Shown in pieces: positions 45,130-49,567 of a stretch of 49,567 nt of DNA (positions are counted from its first letter, which is position 1; every line of letters starts with the position of its first letter). The notes below the pieces were generated by a model. That model ran no database searches. It saw nothing but the letters and a program-made list of their open reading frames with translations, and had not been told where the DNA came from. Origin of the DNA: a virus (lineage: Duplodnaviria; Caudoviricetes); the IMG/VR virus record IMGVR_UViG_3300020045_012053, positions 1 through 49,567 of that record; one strand, 5' to 3'. The translations under genes and the position numbers were made by a program.

Positions 45130-45753
45130 TTATTTCAATTTTGCTATTGCATAAGTCGGAACACCGTCTTTGTCAATTGTTATTTCAAACCTTACATTTT
45201 TCTCTTTTTCCATTCTTGTTGGCTGTTTCTTAAAACTTCCAATTTGAGCGGCTACCGTTTTTTTCATTGCATCCACTTCTCTTTCCGGAAAAGCAAAGAC
45301 TAATTTATCAATAATAGATGCTTGAGTCTGCGGACCAGACTTAATAGCTTCCAATATTGTGGCAATAACTCCAGGTCCTTTTTCAACTTTTGCTACTGGA
45401 ACAGTTTTGTCTTTTGGAGCTGCTGCTGTCTTAGGTGCAACAACTGGAGCGGCTGGTTCAAGGGTCAAGTCCTTAACTGTTAAGCGGATGTAAAATTCTT
45501 TTGAATCAACAATACCTGCTATATAGTCACAGTCCAAACCTATTTCGTTTAATGCTTTTTCTATTTGTTCAGCATTAGCTTTCAAAGCACTTTTACGGAG
45601 GTTTACTTGAAGAGTGCTCATTCCTTCACACGTTTCTTTTGGCGTACCAACAAAACTTAAACCCTCTCTTTTCCATTTAATTTGAAGTTTCTCTTCGGTT
45701 GTAGAATTTACTACTTCAGTAATTTTTGCGATTGACACTTTTAAATTTTTCAT
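45130..45753 (-). CDS. Winged-helix-like protein, paralogue 3
   Basis: Start MKNLKVS at 45753; C-terminal PGVIATIL...FPEREVDAMKKTVAAQIG...PTRMEKEK domain. Confidence 0.75.
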   Translation of the reverse strand: MKNLKVSIAKITEVVNSTTEEKLQIKWKREGLSFVGTPKETCEGMSTLQVNLRKSALKANAEQIEKALNEIGLDCDYIAGIVDSKEFYIRLTVKDLTLEPAAPVVAPKTAAAPKDKTVPVAKVEKGPGVIATILEAIKSGPQTQASIIDKLVFAFPEREVDAMKKTVAAQIGSFKKQPTRMEKEKNVRFEITIDKDGVPTYAIAKLK

Positions 45754-45795
45754 AATGTTAAGTTTTTTAAATAACGTTGTTGTTATTTTGTTTGG

Positions 45796-45858
45796 TAAAT
45801 GTACAACCATTTCTCAGGTAACCAAACGTTTATCAGATATTTAACAAAACTTTAACAT
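45796..45858 (-). promoter_or_regulatory. Boxed promoter 6
   Basis: Box 45840-45858, CAAA 45823-45826, -7 variant TACATTTA 45796-45803. Confidence 0.75.
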
Positions 45859-45907
45859 ATTGATTAAACTGTAATATAGTGTTTATAAGCACATTATAAA
45901 TGTTCAA

Positions 45908-46453
45908 TTACTTCTTGTCGGACATTTTTATGCGGTCTTCCGTCCAACTTTGACTATCCTGTATAAGCCTAAACGTTCGAACGTTTGCAAAATTAGTGAT
46001 CCGGAGCTGTTTAAACTCCATTCCATAGTCGTCCGCTTTTAGCTTAGACATAACCCATTCTTCAATATTTTTTGGGTTCACGTCTGTAAGGTTGTTTTTA
46101 AAAACAAAGTCACTTATTTCAGACATAGCCATATTGGAAATGGTTGCTTCGGGATGGTACAAAGTTTTATACAGTTTTTCAATGTCTGTAATTTGATATA
46201 CTAATGCACTATTAATCGTAATCGTCTTTAAGTCTTTAGTGGTTAAAGTCTGCAAACAAATACTCATACTCCTTATTCTGCATTCTTGAATATAAGTGCT
46301 ATCAAAGTAAGGTATGCGAAAATGAATTCCAGAACTTAACTTCTTGGTTTTTTTTCCACAGCGAACTCTTATTCCTTTTTCCCAAGGTTGCACAATTACC
46401 CAAATCTTTATGGCATTGAAAATATATTCCAGAAAGTCCTTTACTTGATTCAT
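45908..46453 (-). CDS. SPFH/Band 7 domain protein
   Basis: IVQPWEKGIRVRCGK, GIHFRIPYFD, LTTKD...I motifs. Confidence 0.85.
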   Translation of the reverse strand: MNQVKDFLEYIFNAIKIWVIVQPWEKGIRVRCGKKTKKLSSGIHFRIPYFDSTYIQECRIRSMSICLQTLTTKDLKTITINSALVYQITDIEKLYKTLYHPEATISNMAMSEISDFVFKNNLTDVNPKNIEEWVMSKLKADDYGMEFKQLRITNFANVRTFRLIQDSQSWTEDRIKMSDKK

Positions 46454-46779
46454 ACTGCTTTTTGTCCTTTATATGTATCAATAGCAGCACGGAGATAGAT
46501 TCTGAGTGCTAAGAAAAATTCAATTACAGCTACAATAAATGATAAAAAAATAGCAGGAATAACAAGAATAATCAACATAAGAATTGATATTGGTTTGCGA
46601 ATCCACGCTCTTTGAACCTCGTGCAGAGGACAGCTCAAATCTTCTAAAAGAGTATGATTATTGATCCAGTCAGCAATTTCATACTGACCATTTGTTTGTC
46701 TTGGTTTGTTCCAAAACAAACTATTTTTTTCTTTTGATTTTGTAAGATCAATTCGATCTTCTGGGAAGGATGGTTTCAT
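46450..46779 (-). CDS. Hypothetical membrane protein
   Basis: Long C-terminal hydrophobic segment; coupled to the SPFH gene. Confidence 0.65.
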   Translation of the reverse strand: MKPSFPEDRIDLTKSKEKNSLFWNKPRQTNGQYEIADWINNHTLLEDLSCPLHEVQRAWIRKPISILMLIILVIPAIFLSFIVAVIEFFLALRIYLRAAIDTYKGQKAV

Positions 46780-47036
46780 TATAATTGTTTTTTAAGTTCG
46801 ATATGAATAAAGATAGCGCCTGTGTTTTTAGCTAACAATTGTAATTTTTCTAATAAGTTGAAAACGTAATTATGTAACGAATTGCACGTAAAAACAGAAT
46901 TTTCAATACCTCTTGTTTTTTCCGGATCTATATGTCTTCTGCTTTCGACTTCAAAAATTCTTGAATTCTTAAAAGACTCGGCTAATATAGTTTTTCCAGT
47001 TCCTTGTGGTCCTGTAATTAAAATTATCTTTCTCAT
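46779..47036 (-). CDS. Small P-loop-containing protein
   Basis: IILITGPQGTGKT in an 85-aa ORF. Confidence 0.65.
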   Translation of the reverse strand: MRKIILITGPQGTGKTILAESFKNSRIFEVESRRHIDPEKTRGIENSVFTCNSLHNYVFNLLEKLQLLAKNTGAIFIHIELKKQL

Positions 47037-47040
47037 AATA

Positions 47041-47247
47041 TTAAGTTCTTTCGGTTTCGTTAATTATTCGCTGGCAGTAATTCTTTCCATAAGTAGTTAT
47101 TTCAAACGACTTGAATTTAGGAAAGTAAACCAATTCTCTTTGTAAAAGAGCTTCCAAATCAGATACAAAAGTATGTGATGGATTTATAGTTTCTCCAGTA
47201 TAAAACTGGAACAATAAGATTATTTGATTTGCTGTTAAATTATTCAT
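47041..47247 (-). CDS. Hypothetical protein (wHTH-like)
   Basis: L..L.QRELV......ITTYGK pattern. Confidence 0.6.
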   Translation of the reverse strand: MNNLTANQIILLFQFYTGETINPSHTFVSDLEALLQRELVYFPKFKSFEITTYGKNYCQRIINETERT

Positions 47248-47411
47248 AGCTTTCTAACTATTAATTTGTTTAAAGGATATTTTGCAGGACTTTCCTGTGA
47301 TAGTTTTTTTCGCATTCCATAAGCAAGAGCCGGAAGAAAATAGCGTCCAATAAATTCAAAACTGAACTTATTAATTTTATATCTTAATTCGTAAACTGGC
47401 TGAACTGACAT
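47244..47411 (-). CDS. Hypothetical protein
   Basis: Start MSVQ at 47411; translationally coupled at both ends. Confidence 0.55.
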   Translation of the reverse strand: MSVQPVYELRYKINKFSFEFIGRYFLPALAYGMRKKLSQESPAKYPLNKLIVRKL

Positions 47412-47518
47412 TATTCCGGAATAACTCCTGCTAAAAGATTTCCAACTAAAAAGCAAAAGGATGCGACAAATAAGATCGCAATAGCGTATCCAATAAAAGT
47501 AAAGATTTTGTCTAACAT
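47411..47518 (-). CDS. Small membrane peptide, 35 aa (not in ORF track)
   Basis: MLDKIFTFIGYAIAILFVASFCFLVGNLLAGVIPE*, TAATG overlap with the next gene. Confidence 0.55.
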   Translation of the reverse strand: MLDKIFTFIGYAIAILFVASFCFLVGNLLAGVIPE

Positions 47519-47545
47519 TATGTTTAAATTTTGATTAATATTAGT

Positions 47546-47605
47546 GGAGGCTAAGGCATCGAACCTTTAGAGTACCAGCTCCCGTAATACCACTCACGGA
47601 CCTCC
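47546..47605 (-). ncRNA. tRNA-like element with shrunken anticodon arm
   Basis: GGAGG-T-CCGT[GAGTGGTATT]ACGG-GAG[CTGGTA]CTC-TA-AAGG[TTCGATG]CCTT-AG-CCTCC. Confidence 0.5.
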
Positions 47606-47749
47606 GTTTGAGGTCTTTCCCTCGTCAGTCTTATCTAAGTTTACGTACTAATTTAAAATTACACAACTCCCTTTCTCTGATACGTTTTGAATCAATCACT
47701 TAGAATAGCTACCTTGCCGACAAGCAAAGATTTTATGTCGTCGAAAGGT

Positions 47750-48046
47750 TTATGTGATTTCTTCCGGTTCCAGTTTTCTAAACCACTGGAAACAGTTATG
47801 GACAAGACGTTCCGCATCCTCGTCAGAGTAAACAGCGTCATTCTTTTGCTTGTCTAATGCTATAATGGTAAACTTATGCCCGACATCGTGGACTCCATTG
47901 TGCTCGGTTAAGATGCACTGGTCGCCGGGTTGCAATTCTTGTTCGTAGAACATTTTATGAATCTCAATAAGAATGTCTCGTTTGCTGTCGCCTCGTTGGA
48001 CTAATTTTTTAATGAAGTTTAAATCTTCGTGGTGCTTCTTTCTCAT
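47750..48046 (-). CDS. Hypothetical protein
   Basis: 98-aa ORF in operon. Confidence 0.65.
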   Translation of the reverse strand: MRKKHHEDLNFIKKLVQRGDSKRDILIEIHKMFYEQELQPGDQCILTEHNGVHDVGHKFTIIALDKQKNDAVYSDEDAERLVHNCFQWFRKLEPEEIT

Positions 48047-48135
48047 TATATATTAAATAAAAATGAAACAAAAGTACGACCGACAAAGTAAGCAGCGATC
48101 GCGACTGCTATTCTAATTTGAGTTTGTTTTTTCAT
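48046..48135 (-). CDS. Small membrane peptide, 29 aa (not in ORF track)
   Basis: MKKQTQIRIAVAIAAYFVGRTFVSFLFNI*, TAATG overlap with the next gene. Confidence 0.55.
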   Translation of the reverse strand: MKKQTQIRIAVAIAAYFVGRTFVSFLFNI

Positions 48136-48160
48136 AATATTAGATTGTTTATTTCTTTCA

Positions 48161-48219
48161 CAAACATACGGCTAAACGAATGTAATCAGCAAATATAATT
48201 ATGTTAAAATTATGTTAAA
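48161..48219 (-). promoter_or_regulatory. Promoter with the TGTTAAA box in inverted orientation
   Basis: TATGTTTG at 48161-48168 (minus strand); ATGTTAAAATTATGTTAAA at 48201-48219 on the + strand. Confidence 0.55.
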
Positions 48220-48230
48220 GTTTTATTCTG

Positions 48231-48701
48231 TTAAATGTCTCTATACTTAACGAAATAACGTGCTGTTCCGTTTGCTCGACCTTTCAAAGCGTGTTTAGCA
48301 AGAACTCGATATATAAGTCTTTTTGGAAATTCCAGTTCTAACTCTTCGATTATTTCGGCTGCTGTCTTATATTCTCCTCTTCGTTTCTCTTTTGGAAAGT
48401 TAATTTCCTTTGGAAAATATATTAAGGCTTTTATCTCTTTTTCGATGTTCTTATATATTTCCGTATTAATCTCTGTCTTAGTTTTTTTGCGTTCTTTCTT
48501 CTTCTCTTCGCTTTTCTCTTTTCGGTTGTTTTTAACAATCACTTTAAGAACTTCTTTGTGCTGCTCTTTATAGTGTGCATTAAGATCCGACTGGCAATCC
48601 ATACAGATTCTTTTCAGTCCGTAGCTTGCTAATCCCGGGTTAAACTCTTTAAATTCTTTTTCTTTGTCACATTTAGCACAAACTTTCGTGGTAGCTTCCA
48701 T
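48231..48701 (-). CDS. Zinc-finger protein with VapE-like C-terminal winged helix
   Basis: CAKC...CMDC; C-terminal TAAEI...VLAKH....NG.ARYFV resembles the VapE tail TGADV...ALAKH....NG.AKYYV. Confidence 0.7.
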   Translation of the reverse strand: MEATTKVCAKCDKEKEFKEFNPGLASYGLKRICMDCQSDLNAHYKEQHKEVLKVIVKNNRKEKSEEKKKERKKTKTEINTEIYKNIEKEIKALIYFPKEINFPKEKRRGEYKTAAEIIEELELEFPKRLIYRVLAKHALKGRANGTARYFVKYRDI

Positions 48702-48707
48702 AGTCTT

Positions 48708-48841
48708 AAAACAAGAAAGGTTCCCGAATCGATAGCAGGACGAGTGCTATTCCTTCAGAAACCTCTTTCTTAATATTTTCTCAATAACTCGTCCTTATTG
48801 TTTAACTGGACAAACTTATTGCTTTTTTTTTATTCAACAAA
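48708..48841 (-). promoter_or_regulatory. Promoter (TAAGTTTG) plus structured leader with pseudoknot
   Basis: -7 element 48811-48818, -33 element 48838-48841; 9-nt complementarity between 48787-48795 and hairpin loop 48737-48745. Confidence 0.65.
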
Positions 48842-48849
48842 CATTCTTA

Positions 48850-49567
48850 AAACTTTTTTACAATAAACTTCTTTACTGCTACCTAACAGCAGCAAAATAG
48901 AGCTGAAAATTAGTTAAAAATAGCCTTTTTTATGCACTTTTTTAGCTTATTTACTACTCCATTTCAGTTTTACTTAATTTATGTTAAAAAGCTAATATGT
49001 TTATAATTAGCTAATTAACTTGATTTAAGGGTATTGTAGTGTATTATGGTAATTACTAATCAAAACTTATTAATCCCTTGTATTTACTATATATGATGTA
49101 ATATCGTGTATTAGTAGTATTGTAATTAGTATATTATAATAATAATTAATTAATACTATATATAGAAAACACTATATTAATTCACTGCAATACTCGTAAT
49201 TACTATCATCTTAGTATATACAGTATGTTGTATAAGGGTATTGGTGGTATATAATATTAGTAAAACGAGTATTAGTATTTACATCATAACTATATAAATA
49301 CATACATAATTTAATACAATACAGTACATACAATGATACATACATACCCGATAGAGTATATATATAGCCCTTACATACATCGTTACATACATAACTAAAC
49401 ACTGACATACTAATAACCATACATACTCATAGACATTGATTACATAGGTACATACATACATACGTGACGAGGTTAGTACGTTACTATGTTAACAATGCGT
49501 TATGTATGTAACGATGTATGTAAGGGCTATATATATACTCTATCGGGTATGTATGTATCATTGTATG
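48850..49567. other. Non-coding, very AT-rich terminal region with TACA/CATA micro-repeats (candidate ori or packaging region)
   Basis: No credible ORF; many TACATA/CATACA units from ~49280 onward. Confidence 0.6.
49327..49567. repeat. Perfect 69-bp inverted repeat (49327-49395 / 49499-49567); fold-back at the right contig end
   Basis: The last 69 nt are the exact reverse complement of 49327-49395. Confidence 0.95.

Noticed and set aside
4321-45858. Repeated 19-bp box as CRISPR repeat or att site
   Set aside because: Copies are kilobases apart, always at a fixed distance from promoter elements; no cas gene or integrase is present.
35214-47605. Canonical tRNA genes at 35214 and 47546
   Set aside because: Both are ~60 nt and lack a 5-bp/7-nt anticodon arm; reported only as tRNA-like elements.
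47606-47630. Hammerhead-ribozyme-like CTGACGA...AAAC on the minus strand
   Set aside because: After the stem the sequence is CTCAAAC rather than the required CGAAA, and stems I/III could not be built.
49211-49461. ORFs 49211..49420 and 49279..49461
   Set aside because: Tyr/Val/Cys/Met-rich translations of the TACA micro-repeats; no plausible protein.
1-49567. Prophage/temperate lifestyle, or stop-codon reassignment
   Set aside because: No integrase, CI/Cro pair, parAB or host flanks recognised; genes are intact and tightly packed under the standard code.

Overview
The window is an apparently near-complete ~49.6-kb genome of an AT-rich contractile-tailed phage (myovirus). Its Bacteroidota-type TAnnTTTG promoters, gene content and CATG avoidance point to a Flavobacterium-like host (inference). 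The + strand (0.3-28.2 kb) encodes a lambda-like packaging/head module (terS, gpA-type terL, gpW, gpB portal, S49 protease, gpD, gpE) and a Mu-like tail/baseplate. Between portal and protease sits a block with a signal-peptide fibre/propeller protein, an outer-membrane beta-barrel and a lysis cassette. The - strand (28.2-48.7 kb) carries recombination/replication genes and a 7-deazaguanine DNA-modification cluster (folE, dpdA, queC, queD, yhhQ-like, queE) led by an orphan Spo11/TopoVI-A-like gene. No integrase, DNA polymerase or canonical tRNA was seen. Notable signals: (1) TCCGGA is strongly over-represented (~60+ copies by hand count) and GGACAAGTCC recurs 7 times; (2) six promoters of near-identical geometry carry a TGTTAAA-N4-TGTTAAA box, and three of them directly drive three paralogous winged-helix-like proteins; (3) two similarly built pseudoknot/attenuator-like leaders and two tRNA-like mini-elements; (4) a -1 frameshift in the tail chaperone; (5) fold-back inversions at both contig ends, one of which splits terS. 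All family assignments come from motif recognition by eye, not database searches.
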